Below, in pieces: positions 1-14,268 of a DNA stretch of 64,000 nucleotides. Origin of the DNA: the human T2T-CHM13v2.0 reference genome, Homo sapiens; assembly GCF_009914755.1 (NCBI RefSeq), contig NC_060931.1. One strand, given 5' to 3'. A program made the position numbers and the translations under genes. Within the stretch, counting starts at the first letter, position 1. Each line of letters opens with the position of its first letter. The notes below the pieces were generated by a model, which saw nothing but the letters and a program-made list of their open reading frames with translations, had not been told where the DNA came from and made no database searches.

Positions 1-470
1 ATTAGCTCTAACGAACTAATATCCAAAAAAAGAAATTTATAAACAGAAATCCTCATAAAGGGATTCCAATTAACATTAAATATCTAGTAACACATTAAAC
101 TATTTTAGATATTGTAACATCTGACAGACCCCGTCAGTTCCTACAGGTGGTCAGAAAGCTTACTTCCAGGGGCTTCCCTCCAGCTCTGACACAACCCGTA
201 AGAACAGACAAAGGTCTTGCTACTGCTGTATTTTGTTGATAACCAAAATATCACATCATTGGACTTCTAGTTTGGTCTCTACTGAAATGTCTTCACAGAA
301 TTCAGAGTTAAAAAAATAAAAAATCCTCAGGAAATTACTTATGTTTGATATAAGCAGATGCTACTTGAAGAACATTTCTATTGCTTCTGCAAAACTATTA
401 CTGTTGATAAAGTTCTTTTTCATTGCTTAATTTTCTTCTCTGTTAACAGTTACAAAGAAGTTTTTTCTGA

Positions 471-640
471 GATGGACATGATGGCTCACACATGTAGTCC
501 CAGCTACTGAGGAGGCTAAAGCAGAAGGATTACTTGAGCCCAGTAAGTTTGAGGCTGCAGTGAGCTATGACTGTGCCACTGCACTCCAGCCTGGGCAACA
601 GAAGGAGACTGTGTCTCTATTAAAAAAAAAAAAAAAAAAA
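471..640 (+). mobile_element. Old Alu monomer (FRAM/AluJ right arm) with poly-A tail
   Basis: tgtagtcccagctac...gcactccagcctgggcaaca followed by an A-tail. Confidence 0.85.
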
Positions 641-899
641 GAGTTCTCTAAAGTATACATCCTTTAATAAGAAAATGTGAGCTCTAATTTCCCTTTTTAC
701 TTGACGTAGGCTGAGACCAATTCAATGACAAACGATGGCACTCAAAGGCAGCTGAGAGGTCTGCAGTGAGCATCAGCTCTGCTCTCTGACCCTTTATCCT
801 CAGTGATCCTGTTTGTGTGTGTTTTATGGTAGACACCTGACCCATCTTTGAAAATTGGGGACATACTGTTTAACATTAAGAAGTCATTTAATCTTTTAC

Positions 900-1036
900 C
901 TCAGCAGCTGTAGGATGCAGAGTAATTGCTACAGATATAAGACCTGATCTGGGACCATTTGGGGAAGGACCAAAAGGTGACGCAAAATATAAAGTGCCTG
1001 GCTCAGTTTTGATGTCATTCCTTCTTGATTCTGAAC
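900..1036 (-). CDS. KMT2C: KMT2C exon ~48 (137 nt; SESRRNDIKTEPG...LHPTAAE)
   Basis: tttaaag|GTTCAG acceptor; GAG|gtaaaa donor; phase 1 to 0. Confidence 0.93.
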
Positions 1037-1156
1037 CTTTAAAAAGAGAGAAAAAAAAGAGGAAAATAGTGTTAATGGATTTTCAAAATCAAAATATTTA
1101 CATTAGTAAATTGGCGTAGTGTAAAGGGAAATAATAAGGTTAAGTGTTGTTCTTAC

Positions 1157-1335
1157 TTTTCCCAGCAGTGCTAGGAAGAATTGGAATGATGGGGGACGGC
1201 ACCGGTTCTGGAGGCTCCTCCTTGACCAATGACAGATCTGGATACCTGCTCACTTCTACCCCAACCACACTCTCAGGAGAGGATGAGGGAACAAAACTGT
1301 CAGGAGTATCTCGATCACCACAGTGATCCTGTATC
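1157..1335 (-). CDS. KMT2C: KMT2C exon ~47 (179 nt; IQDHCGDRD...STAGK)
   Basis: tttcag|GATAC acceptor; AAA|gtaaga donor; inside ORF 1140..1355. Confidence 0.94.
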
Positions 1336-2799
1336 CTGAAAAAACATAAACACACACATCAAAGTCTGCAAATCCACCACTGGGGGCTTCCTGTACCAAC
1401 CCTGCTGACATCTGTGAATACAGCTGTAAGGATACTCTGGGCAGCACCTATACGATGAGCAGCAAATGAATCAGCTCAGAGCCACACTGGGAAAAAAATA
1501 CAAGAACAATATTTAGTTACAAAATAATTTAAATGGTATGTTTCCTTTTAACGAAAGCTTCAGCACCAAAGTTTGAAGACCTGCCAAAGAGGAAGATGTT
1601 CTGATTAGCATGTAACATAGAGAGCATGAAAGCACCTTTTCAAAATCCCAGATCGTTGAGCCTAGGGCAGCACTCCTGCAGCTTGAAAAGGAAAGAGCTG
1701 CTGGTTGGATTTAACAATAAAAAAGGAAAACTTTAAAAAGACAAAAAAAAAAGGAAAGAGAAGTCCAACACATATGCAATGGTCACACCTGCATTCACCT
1801 GACTGGGAAAACAGCTGTCCTACTGCTGCTCTTTACACTGGCAAGATGGGAGAAAACTTAGCCATTGACTTGATCGGCCCTTATTTTTCTTAACTGATAA
1901 AGTGAGGTGAGAAAAACAAAAGACTGGTCCCTTCTGTTGAGTTCAAGTTTGAGTCTACCAGGCCAATTGTGAGGTCTCAGACTAAGTTCCACAACCCTGT
2001 GGAACTGCTGTCTCCCACTCCTCACGCAGAGAAGTAGCTGTCATGCAGGAGACCCAAGAAAGGCTGGCCTACTGAGGTACAGTAGAAAGAGGACCTGGAT
2101 CCTCAATTGGGACAGATTATTCTCCACTTCGGTCCAAAGTTTCCCCATTAATAAAGTAAGGGACTTAGGTTAAATAAATGTCTCATCAAATAGAGGGTAG
2201 TGGGCAGATTTTCCAAAGAAGAGATAATTATTTGATGAAGTTGTAAGAACCCTCTGGATCTAAAGAGTTGGCTAGCGATCATCTACTAAGGGAACTTGAT
2301 TCTCCCCAATTAGAATCTTACAGTTAAAGAACTGACACAAAGACATCAAACCCCAGACAGTTCTTAAACTCTCTTCCACGACGGCGTTCTCTGATATAGC
2401 AACTTCTGCTCTTTCATTTTAGACATCTACAAACAACAATAAACCCAATAAATCACATTAATACCCTTTAAAGGACAATGATTTCTGAAATATGTTGCAT
2501 GGAGATTTTCCACTACCTTCATGTCTATTAGATTATTTAATTAGATTAAATAATCTAATACTTAACTGTCTATTAGATTATTTAACTCTCTATATGATGT
2601 AGGCTTAAAAAAATGCAAACTAATTATGTTTAATGGTAACAATGTCTTATAAACTTTAAATCCTGAAGATTATTCACCAAATTGTACTCTTCAAATGTTT
2701 TTACATGCTATTCCTAAAGACATTATGCCACATACATACATTTATTTTTTTTAAAAGAAGAAATAACTAAGAATTATTTGAGAAAAAAATAACCTGTAC

Positions 2800-2947
2800 C
2801 TTAATTCTTCCTGATTGTTATGAGGTGGTGTTGGGAGGGAGGCTGGCACATCAACTGTCTTGGGGCCCTGAGCAAGAGCTCGGGCCAACAAGTCGTCCTG
2901 GGGTCTGAAGGGCAGCTGAAATGGTTTAGGTCCTAGAGTTTTGGTAA
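2800..2947 (-). CDS. KMT2C: KMT2C exon ~46 (148 nt; TKTLGPKP...QEELR)
   Basis: ttccag|TTACC acceptor; AAG|gtacag donor; inside ORF 2751..2981. Confidence 0.94.
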
Positions 2948-3094
2948 CTGGAAAAGCAAAAACACAAAACCATAAATACATTCAGTCAATATTGATAAAT
3001 GGGTAGAACTTTACAATTCTATTGCCATTTCACAATACACAACTGGCAGAGGCACATTTCTCCGAGGTGTGAAATTTGGAGGCTATAATCATAC

Positions 3095-3236
3095 CTTCAT
3101 GGCTCACTAACACTCCGGCTTTTCCAGCAAGTTCTTCAGTTGTTGCAAAACCATTGGCCATCTTCTGACAAGCCATAGGAGGTGGTGTAGGAGGAAGAGA
3201 GGCAGGGGGTGTTGGAGGATTACTTAAATTATTCTG
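3095..3236 (-). CDS. KMT2C: KMT2C exon ~45 (142 nt; QNNLSNPPTPP...VSHE)
   Basis: ctgcag|CAGAAT NAGNAG acceptor; AAG|gtatga donor. Confidence 0.93.
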
Positions 3237-3976
3237 CTGCAGGAGACCAAAAAATTTAAATTATATGCTACTGAGCGAATATGCAATGACCTTGCTAAAA
3301 CGTAGTTCTGTGAATTTTTTGCACATAGAAGCAAGGCTACAGAAATGTAATCAAGATGTATCTTGCACACCAAGAAAACAATACCTACAAGGCCAGGAGG
3401 CTTCTTAGTGGAACAGATACTCGTGATTTTATGGACATACCAACTTGCTTACTTTACCCAGCTTGACTACTTAAGCTCTGAAATTAAGAAGCTAATTTCC
3501 TTTCTACCTGATTTTATTTATGCAATTCTTCAAGTTTCGTGGTTATAGCTAGTGAAGGATAACTTTAAAATGCAATCAAGAAATTGCAAAATATTATCAA
3601 AATATCCTTTAAGTTCTCATTAAGATATGCCCTAGTTCTATGAAAAACTTAAGAATTTCTGGTCTTAAACTTGTAATACAACTCACATCCGAGATATGAG
3701 AATCTGGATTGACTAAGACCTTTAAAAGAAGCAACAGTACTAATGCTACTACTAAAGTAACTAAATCATTAATGTAGTTCCTCTTCAGACACCTCTCCCA
3801 GCTTAACAGTTATCACCAATTTGTCATTTACTGATTAGTCTCTCAAGGAGAGACTTGGAATCTACCAATAACACCATGCAAATCAAGTGCAAAGTCAAAT
3901 TACAAATTTTGCAAAGATAAAGAATTTCATGAGGATGATAAAATAAGGTTGGAGAACAGCTTATGAGTTAAGATAG

Positions 3977-4233
3977 TTTTTTTTTTTTCTTTTTGGAGAC
4001 AGAGACTTGCTCTGTCACCCAAGCTAGAGGTAGAGGGCAATGGCACAATCATGCTCACTGCAGCCTTGACCTCAGGGTGTGGTGGTGCATGCCTGTAGTC
4101 CCAGCTACTTGGTAGGTTGAGGCACTAGAATTGCTTGAATTTGGGAGGCAGAGATTGCAGGGAGCTGAGATTGCACCACTGCAATCTGGCCTGGGTGACA
4201 GAGCGAGACCCTGTCTCAAAAAAAAAAAAAAAA
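3977..4233. mobile_element. Fused inverted Alu fragments: minus 3' end (3977-4073) abutting a plus right arm (4074-4233)
   Basis: poly-T-gagacagag...ctgcagccttgacctc runs directly into gggtgtggtggtgcatgcctgtagtccc...poly-A. Confidence 0.85.
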
Positions 4234-4650
4234 CCTACAATAGTCTAGGAATTACTTGTAATTAATACCTAAATTATTAGATATACTTAAAATTGTTTAA
4301 TTTCATTTTTCAAGGTAAACTACTACTTTTTTTAAATCCCCACCATTTACAATGATTTTTGAATTCATTTTAAGTGTTAATAAAGGTTATAAGGAAATAA
4401 GGATTTCCACTACCATGGAAGTACATAATAGATATTTCTTGCAATTTGTATTCTTACCTATAAAAACAACTTCAAATGTTTATGCTAGAAATACTTCACC
4501 AGGTAAAATTTTAACCCTGTAGCTGAACTTAAGTTTTAATAAAACTTGGAAGAGTAGATGTAAACTAAATACAAAAATAAGACAAGCTCTATCAATTCTG
4601 ACATGTTACCCAAAGATGAAGCAAGACAACACCTTGGCAGAGAAACATAC

Positions 4651-4815
4651 CTTGTAGATCAACTGAGAATAGTAGTCCGAAACCCCTTCCAGGGTAGCAC
4701 TGCCAAAAGTTCCTAGAAGTCGATTCCCACTATTAAATTGGCCACTGCCATAAGGAAGAAAGTGCGCAAAGTTCACTCCAATGATTGGTTCCATTAGAGG
4801 GAGCAGAGAGAGCTG
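4651..4815 (-). CDS. KMT2C: KMT2C alternative cassette exon (165 nt, 55 aa; QLSLLPLMEPIIG...YYSQLIYK)
   Basis: taatag|CAGCTC acceptor; AAG|gtatgt donor; phase 0-0 and stop-free. Recalled as absent from the 4911-aa isoform and present in a longer one. Confidence 0.85.
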
Positions 4816-5370
4816 CTATTAAAAAACACATTTAAGAGTAATGTACATGATAAAAGGAACTCAGTGTAGCTCAACTTTCTAAGACCCGAAGCAACTTTGT
4901 TGAATAAGGCTTCAGAAAAATGAGACTTAAAATTTTCAAGTATCAAAATGCTGGAGTAAGTGAGAGAGACTACAGACCTTTGAGACTTAAAAATAAGCTC
5001 TGTACTAAATGAATGCTGCCAGGCATCTAACAAGAAAAACATATTTCTTATCTATGCTCAGCAAAAACTGGGGCATCAACTGAGGCTGGGTACCACCAAC
5101 AGCACTGTTAGCAACTGTCTCCCACCTTCTGTAACAACCACAAAGGTGTAGAACAGAATTCACAATGTGTTTCTTTGGATTCAGAGTCACAACAAAGTAC
5201 TGAGGACAGATTTTTTTCTTGGTACTGAGGCTACTCCTTATGAACATAAGAAAATCTTGACTATCACCTATCAATCCATTTGTATTACCGTAAATTTCAG
5301 ATGCCAATAGGATACGGTGCAATTCTGCTTGGAAAAAGTCTACTAGGTTCCTTGTCCAGATGTCTTTTAG

Positions 5371-5738
<368 letters not shown>

Positions 5739-5752
5739 TGACTCACCCTCAC

Positions 5753-5962
5753 CTGTTTCAAGTGGGTAAACGTGTCAGTGCTAGAGTACATAGCTTGTTT
5801 CTCCTCTTCGTCCTTTTTCCTTTTCTTTGAGCGAGGTGCTGCTTTCTCACCCGTCCTCTGAGTCCGTTTGCTTCGCTGTTTCTTGGTTTCACTTCCTCCA
5901 TCTGTTTTTGGCAACTGGTTGCCACATCCAAAACCACCTTGCATTTGAGCCCCCAAAGTTTG
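5753..5962 (-). CDS. KMT2C: KMT2C exon ~44 (210 nt; [10 protein letters not shown]...THLKQ)
   Basis: cattag|CAAACT acceptor; CAG|gtgagg donor with a second donor AGG|gtgagt 6 nt downstream. Confidence 0.93.
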
Positions 5963-6823
5963 CTAATGTAATTGGAAAGGGTAAAAAATAAGTGAACAAT
6001 TTGCATATTTGGTTTTTAGTTCATGCAGTGCCAAGCTATGACGCGTCATCCTAACATGGCACTAAAAGGTATTAAATAAGTAGGGAAGATAGAGTGGTGT
6101 CAATGCTGGTTTTCCAAAAACACCATCCTTTTCTTCAAACGTTATTCTCGAGTATGGAAATCAGTAAGCTGCGAAGCTTGAGGAAAGAGCAGAACTCATT
6201 AGTAAGGCCACAGCCCTTTCTGGCAAAGCATTACCCCTCATGCTGACCTCCCTGGGGCTGGGGAACCCCTTATTCCTGCTTACTTACTGCAGAAGGGAAG
6301 GAAATGCTTGTAGATGGCTATAGGAGCCTCTGCATAGTGGTCTTGGTGAGTTATTTTTGGTTCCCCTTAGGAACTAGTGAAATATGAGGTGTGCTGAAAC
6401 AATTCACAGGCTCCAGAAAAGCTTTACAGCCTATGCATCTTAGGTGAGAGAACAGATAGCACCAGACAACAATAAAAAGAAAAAACACTGGTTCTTCAAA
6501 TTAGTTCACAACCGTATTTGACTGAAAAATAATGGCCACATACTTAAAGTCAATGGGAGAGAACGTAGATGATAACAAATAAACCTTTTCTTTATTTTTA
6601 TCATTACAAAGTGAGAATAAGCCAAGCCCTGAAAAGGCCTTTAAGGGTAGTCCTATCAGTACCTTAAAACACAGGAATATTTTCAGGCTCCATTATTTCT
6701 AAATTTAACAGCAGTACTCTGCTATAGACGATTATAGTAGCTGAACTTACTGTAATGAATTCTGCATTGAATCTCTGACGGTTCTGAAAATTAGTTTCCA
6801 GTTATATTCTAAATAGTTTAGCG

Positions 6824-7490
6824 CATGGATGGCAACATTTTTATGTAAAGAGCCAGATGATAAATATTGTAAGCCTCTGTAGGCCATACAGCCCCTGGCA
6901 TAATTACTCAACTCTGCCCTTGTACTTCAAAAGCAGCCATAAACAATTCATAAATCAATGAGCTTGGCTGCGTTCAAATAAAACTTTTAAAATTCACGGA
7001 CAAATTTGAATTTTGTATAATTTTTATGTGTCACAAAATACTACTCTTCCTTAGATTTTTTTTCAACCATTTAAAAATGTAAAAGCCATTTTTAGCTCAT
7101 GGAGGGAGGCGAAAGCAGGCTTAGACTGCTCATCTCCAGGCTAGTTCTGTGGCTCTCAAGGGGTCTCCAGGGCGGCAGCAGCATCTAGAGCTGGTCTAGA
7201 AATGCAGATTATCTGGTCCCACCCAGACCTGCAGAATCAGAAATACCGGGGCTGGAGCCCAGCAATCTTGGTTTAACAAGCCCTCCTGGTGCTCCTCACA
7301 CTTTAGCTTTGAGAATCACCTGCCTAGAGCAGTACTTCTCCCCTTCAGATGCTCAGGAATCACCTGGGGATCTTCCTAAGTCTACATTCTGAGAAGCAGG
7401 TGTGTGGCGGGAGATTCTGCATGTGTTACAAAGCTCCCACCTGATGTGGATGCTGCGGATCCCCAAGGACTGCACTCTGAGTGGCAAGAA
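6824..7490. mobile_element. Cluster of hAT-Charlie MITEs: MER58B-like (~6824-7110), MER5A-like (~7148-7322), MER5A1-like (~7330-7490)
   Basis: Recognised motifs: actcaactctgcc...aaagcagccata; cccagacct...gaatcagaa...tttaacaagccctcc; gaatcacctgggga...gagattctgcat. Confidence 0.7.
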
Positions 7491-7499
7491 CCTAAAAAT

Positions 7500-7597
7500 T
7501 AATTATATATATATATTTATATATTTATATTTATATATATATTTATATATAGATGTATATATTTATATATATTTAAATCACTATATATTTATTTAAA
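7500..7597. repeat. (TA)n/TATT low-complexity repeat
   Basis: Direct reading. Confidence 0.9.
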
Positions 7598-9006
7598 TCA
7601 CACTTTAATTTGGGGGGAGGGGCTACTTTTTAAACTTGACGTGGTTGTTCCCCATGCCATTAAACATTCTTACACCCACAAATTTTAATATAAACATGCT
7701 CAAAATGTAGTCTACGTCCTTCAAGGAGCTATTTAAATAATGTTAAGTGGTACAACAGAAATCGCTATGTGAGAACACGAGCATCAACACATATTTGAGA
7801 TTGGGAGAGGTGAGAAAGGTATCTGGAAAAAGATGACTCAAGAACTGCATTTCAAAAGATAAAAATATATTGTCCAGACGTATATAAGAAGGGAGAACAG
7901 AACAGGCAGAAGCAGCAGCATGTGGTATACATAGAAGGGTAAAAAGACAGAAGGCTGCAAGTTATTCAGTACTCCTCAGGGTATAAGATGTCTTGGAGAA
8001 AGTGGATGGAGACTGTGCTGGAGAGTTGCCTATATTTACTGGTGACAACTGTAAAAGCATAACCAGTAAAATTTACAAAAATTACACAAATCTATCAAGT
8101 CAACACTCAATCTCTACTGAATGGTCAAAGACAAGAAAAAAAGCAACACTTGCAAAAAGATGAGCTTCATTAACAATCTTAAAATGAAAAAACTGGACAA
8201 CTAAATATACCACTCAACCCTTAATTAAAATATGAAAATGAAATCCAATTTGAGAAGCTCTCTAGGGACAGCTTTATGAATGCACTGGTAATGGCACTGC
8301 ACCTTCTGAAAGATAAACAGGCAAGAGCTATTAAGCAGACCAATTCCCATGACTCAAACTCCAGTTTTGGAACTATCTTAATGAAGTTAACTGAAATAAA
8401 GGGGACAGATTCTTGTAAAGGTATATTTACAAGTTAGCTCTTCATGTAAATGAAAAAAAAAGCAAATTAAATGTTAATAACTTAAAACTGATAGAAAATT
8501 GATACATGGAAAACTACAAAACAGTATCTACATGTAACATTACATTAAGTATCAATACAACACTGTAACCACACAATAGCTTCCCAGTGTGGTATCCCTA
8601 AGAGTGCCAAGGGTATTAATAGGGGTGCATGGGCTATCCTCTGCATTTTAAAGAGGTTAATGGAAATTAATCACTTATTTACAATAAAGTACATAGACAT
8701 TTACTTACTTTGCTTTAGTCATATCAACTCAATGTGGTAATAACCAGTTGCTACACATCACGTTATATATGAAATGCAATACATGCCTTTGCTTTTTAAA
8801 AAATAGTAAACAAATTATTATTTAATATAGTTTAGATATAAGTAAAAACATGGGTTCCAGAGAGGTAGAAATGACAAAATAAAAAATGGTCCTTTAGAAT
8901 AAAAAGGTTGTAGAATAATGTGGAAATACAGTTGCTGGTACTAATCTGCTGTAAGTATAATTTAAAACAAAAGAAAAAAGTTGTCGTTTTTATGATTTAC
9001 ACTTAC

Positions 9007-10716
9007 CAGTCCTTCAGCTGGGTTCTGCTTCTCAACTAGTTTATTATCCTTTGTACAGTCATCTTCTGAACAAATACTGCCCTCAGGTTTTTGATTCAAA
9101 AGAGAAGATGACTTTTTATTTTTCAACAAGTGTTTCAGAAGTTCATTCCCTGAGTCTCCTTTGGCAGCAGGGGCCCCAGCAGAATGGGGAGGACTCTGTG
9201 CTGAGGAGACAGGACAGGCTACAGCGTTTCCTTCTACCTTACTACCATTCTGTTCCTCCAATTTAGGCTCCTCTTGGCCTGGGCAGGACTCTGTCTCAGC
9301 CTTTTCCAGTTTTATCTCTTCTGTTTTGGCAGGGGTTTCCATGGAGAGCTTGTCTACTTCTGAATTTGCATACGTCTGTTGATTTGGAGTTGCTTGTGAG
9401 AAATCACTATTGGGCAGTTTGTTCTCTAATTCTGTACATAGCTGGCCTGCTGCCATATTGGGAGTGGATGGGCCGACTGGTTCCACCGACTCTTGGTCGG
9501 CTTGTTGAGGAAGCTCACTGGGTGTGCTCACTGCAGGAGTAGAGGTAGTTTCTGAGATGCCTGGAGTCGGTGGGGCAGTTATATCTGAATGGGGAGTTGA
9601 TGGAGCCTTGGTGGATTCTGCATCATCATCTCTTTTCTTCTTTCTTGTTCTTTTCTTTTTCCCTTTTTCCTCTGGGATTATATCAGAATACAACTGAATG
9701 AGCGATTGGGTTGATCCCGGATAACTGTGTCCATGGGTTATAGTAGAATCTTGGCCACATGGGAGACTGCTATTAGCTACTGGAGGTGCTGCTGGTAAAG
9801 CAGGTGTAAAAGAAGGCCTCACTGGGGACTGCTGGAAGCTGGTCCCAGAAAGATTTCCATGTCCCTGCTTCACAGAAGAAAAATTTGGGCTTCCAACAGG
9901 GATTGATGGTGAATCAGGAACAAATGAAGGAGGGCCTACCTGCCTTCGCTCATTAGTCTGCATGAAAGTTTGGGTGGAGGGTGAATTAATTGATCCTTGT
10001 TGTATATTCTGCTGCTGTAAAACCTGCCCCATTTGCTGTTGGTGTTGTGGAGACTGCTGAAGGGGTCCTAGAGGTTGCATAAAATCACAAGGTAAGTCGG
10101 AACTGTAGAAGGGAATCTGGGACACAGATGTCCTACTACTACTTATCTCAGAGCCCACCATACCATGCTGCTCCATTTCCATCCTCTGCTGCAAAGCTCT
10201 TTGTCTATCTACCTCCTGCATGAGTTGGATCCGTTGTCTCTCTTGCTGTTCTCGTAAACGTTCCTTACGTTCCCGTTCTTGAAAACTTTCACTAAAGGGA
10301 TTGTTGTCATCAAATTCTACCCGAGGTGGTGGTCCACTCTGTGGATTTGCATTTGAGACTGTCCCTGGGGCTGGTGTACAAGTTTTTATTGGTAACTGGG
10401 CAATTGGGGGCTGAATTCTAGGAGGATTGAGGGGCAGGTGGGCAGGAGCACTGTTGGGTTGCCATCCAGGTAAACTGGGCATTCTAACAGGGCTAGTATG
10501 GCCAGAAATAACTGTTGTGTGCTGCTGGTGCTGAAGCTGCTGTGGCACCATGGGAAAGGTGGGTTGGCTCATGGTGGGTGGAGTGGCACCTGGAATTAGG
10601 GGTGGCTGGGGCTGGACACTGGGCATCATGGTAGGTGGGGCCATTGCACATTGCTGCTGCTGTTTGATCCGATAATCTTCAATCAATTCAGCATGTTCTT
10701 TCTGTTGTTTACGAAT
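9007..10716 (-). CDS. KMT2C: KMT2C exon ~43 (1710 nt; Q/P-rich, LKHLL motif)
   Basis: 588-aa ORF; ttccag|ATTCGT acceptor; CTG|gtaagt donor. Confidence 0.97.
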
Positions 10717-11162
10717 CTGGAATAACAAAATGCATCATTACTCATTTCTATACAGCATAGGTACTGAAGTAAAACACTGGCTGATGACTGTGGTTGAGGT
10801 TACACAGAGGGCAGTTTGGCCCTGCAGAAGCAAACATATTTTGCTTGGGTAACTGCAAAAGTCACAAAAAAATTGAATTGATAAGCCTTAACTAACAACT
10901 GTCAATCTCTTTAACAACAGGATTTTTATAAAGTTATCTGTAAAAGTGCTTCACATATGAAATATCAAAAACGGTTTAGTAAAATATTAAAATCTTATGG
11001 TGAAACTCATATATACTATTTATACTATACATAAAAAATATACAATAAAAAAGGTTACACAAGCAGCTAATTTTGATGTCCTAGAAATTACAATATACAA
11101 TGTTAGAATAACAGACTTAACTCAAACTTGAACCATTTAAATGTTAAGATTTCATTTCTTAA

Positions 11163-11478
<316 letters not shown>

Positions 11479-12510
11479 TGTACAACATTTTAAGACAAGA
11501 TGAATTACCAGCACGAATATCACACCCCCCACCCAGATTAAAAAGACTAAATTTGTTGAACACTTTCAATTTAATGGCTAACACTCAAATTATAATTTCT
11601 GAAATCTATACAAGCTCCGAGGAAGTATTTTGAATAGTCTGTAAATAGACTCTTAATATAATGGCTAATATCAATTAATTAATTCATTCCAAAAACCTTT
11701 GTGTCCCAATGTGCTCAATACTACAGGCCAGATATCAATCAAGACGCAAACTATGTTCTGGAGAACCTCACCATCTCATTCAGCAAGCTAGGGAAAGAAG
11801 GAATGCAAAAGGATGTGTATATCTCTCAACATCATTCAATTTTTAGATAAATATTAATATACTAAACTCAGGAGTTCTAATAGTTTTTCAAAGTATTTTC
11901 TTGGGTTCCCCAGGTAGACTAATACTTTCTGCAAATAATCGTGTTTCATCTCTTCTTCAACAGTTGTGTAACTCCTATTTTCTTATTTTTCCTGGCCAGT
12001 TTACTGGTTAGAACTGAGAAATTACCATTGGTTGGTGAAGTAGTAAGAAAGTACAGAAAGCACCTACAACACTATGTGGGATATATAAGGTGGTCATCCA
12101 TGTCTTTCCCATGATATTTTATAATACTTTTTAAAACATTACCATCAACTGCTTATCTTAATATGATTATACTGGATCTTTGGCAACTATGTAATAGATG
12201 ATGTATCCCATTTTTCAAGTATTAGCTTCTAAATAGGATTTGATCTATGGATATGCAAAAATTAGGCCCTCATCAAAAGACCTTGTACAAATATGCCAGA
12301 TGGCAATGAAAGTGCTAAAAAAAATATACTTTATTAAACATATCTTTACAAGAATATTAACCTACAGTAAACATGAACCCAGAGAGTAGATTTAAAGAGA
12401 AAAGAAACCTTTCATTCTGGAATAATCCTAGTTTTAAACAACTGGAATTATGATCACCTTATTGTTGGTACATTATTGTGGTAGCTGTGGTTTGAAGATA
12501 AGACACGTGA

Positions 12511-12877
<367 letters not shown>

Positions 12878-13013
12878 ACGTGTACACAGTGTTTATAACC
12901 TTTACAATGAATCAGTTTGTAAAATGGGGATAATACTAACTCCTTCAGAAAGATGTAGATAAGACAACGTAAATGGAAGTGCTTCCTACAGTGTTCATTA
13001 TAGAGCACTCACA

Positions 13014-13318
<305 letters not shown>

Positions 13319-14035
13319 TAAGTTTTTAATTTACTTGGGTAAATATACCTAGGAGTTGGCTCTGAACCCATTTTGTACACTACTATTGTTTTATTTTAAA
13401 TACAATTTTTACATGTTTCTTCTTTTCCAGTATATTATTCAGTTTAAATATTCTGATAAACTTCTGGTTTATAATAGAAGATAATGGCAAAATGATTTCA
13501 TTTTTCTGGAACAGTACTTCACATAAGACATACCAATGTATTTTAAGACCAAAACATTAAGAAATAATAATAATATCAACTCCAAGTAAACAAAAATACT
13601 CCCTGGGCCCCCAATTCTTATTCCAAACTAAACCCAGTATCTCCCCATGAGCTCGGTCCTCAGTTAAGTCGAATACTCTCAATGATGTATAACAGAAACA
13701 TGGTCTTTGCAGTGATTTCTTAGTGCAGAAAAAAATAACGTCTCCAACTATACCAAAGTTGAAAATAGTTCTTCGAAGTCGAAATTATGAGACTCAATCT
13801 CTTTTGTGTCATTTATTTAGTATGTGCTGTGACCGTCACTTTAAGTAAAAGACTGGAGCTGTTATGGCTGCAGTTACTAAGAGGTCTCAGAGCTGTCACT
13901 TTTTGGCAATGTACTTTTAATGCCATTTAATACTAGTCAAAAAAAATCACTAGTCAAAGTCACTAATGAACAACACACCAAAACATTCTACTCATTAATT
14001 GTTGGTAGTTTCTATTTTGCAAACCTATTTATTAC

Positions 14036-14268
14036 CTGTTCTAGCTGTTTCTGAACCATGCTTTGCTGTTCAGTAACATGCTTGAGTTGTTCTGCATCTT
14101 CCTCTGGAAATTCACGCCCAGCTTTCTTGGCAGTACGTTGTTTAGCTGAAAGGGCCTTCTTAGATTTTCTGTGAGCACCAATTTGTTCTTCAAGATACTT
14201 CTGCTGCATTTGAAGCAGCTGTTGGGTCTCCTGGAGCCACTCTTCATACTGCTTACGCTGTGAATCAT
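14036..14268 (-). CDS. KMT2C: KMT2C exon ~42 (233 nt; DSQRKQYEEW...QLEQ, coiled-coil-like)
   Basis: cctcag|ATGATT acceptor; CAG|gtaata donor. Confidence 0.94.

Noticed and set aside
164-185. Possible 22-nt cryptic exon in intron 48 (gtcag|AGCTGG...GGAA|gtaagc)
   Set aside because: Interrupted pyrimidine tract, -1 A donor and no clear branch point; consistent with chance
1336-1449. Upstream alternative acceptor (tatag|GTGCTG) that would extend exon 47 by 112 nt
   Set aside because: Weak tract, frameshifting, and no evidence beyond the AG
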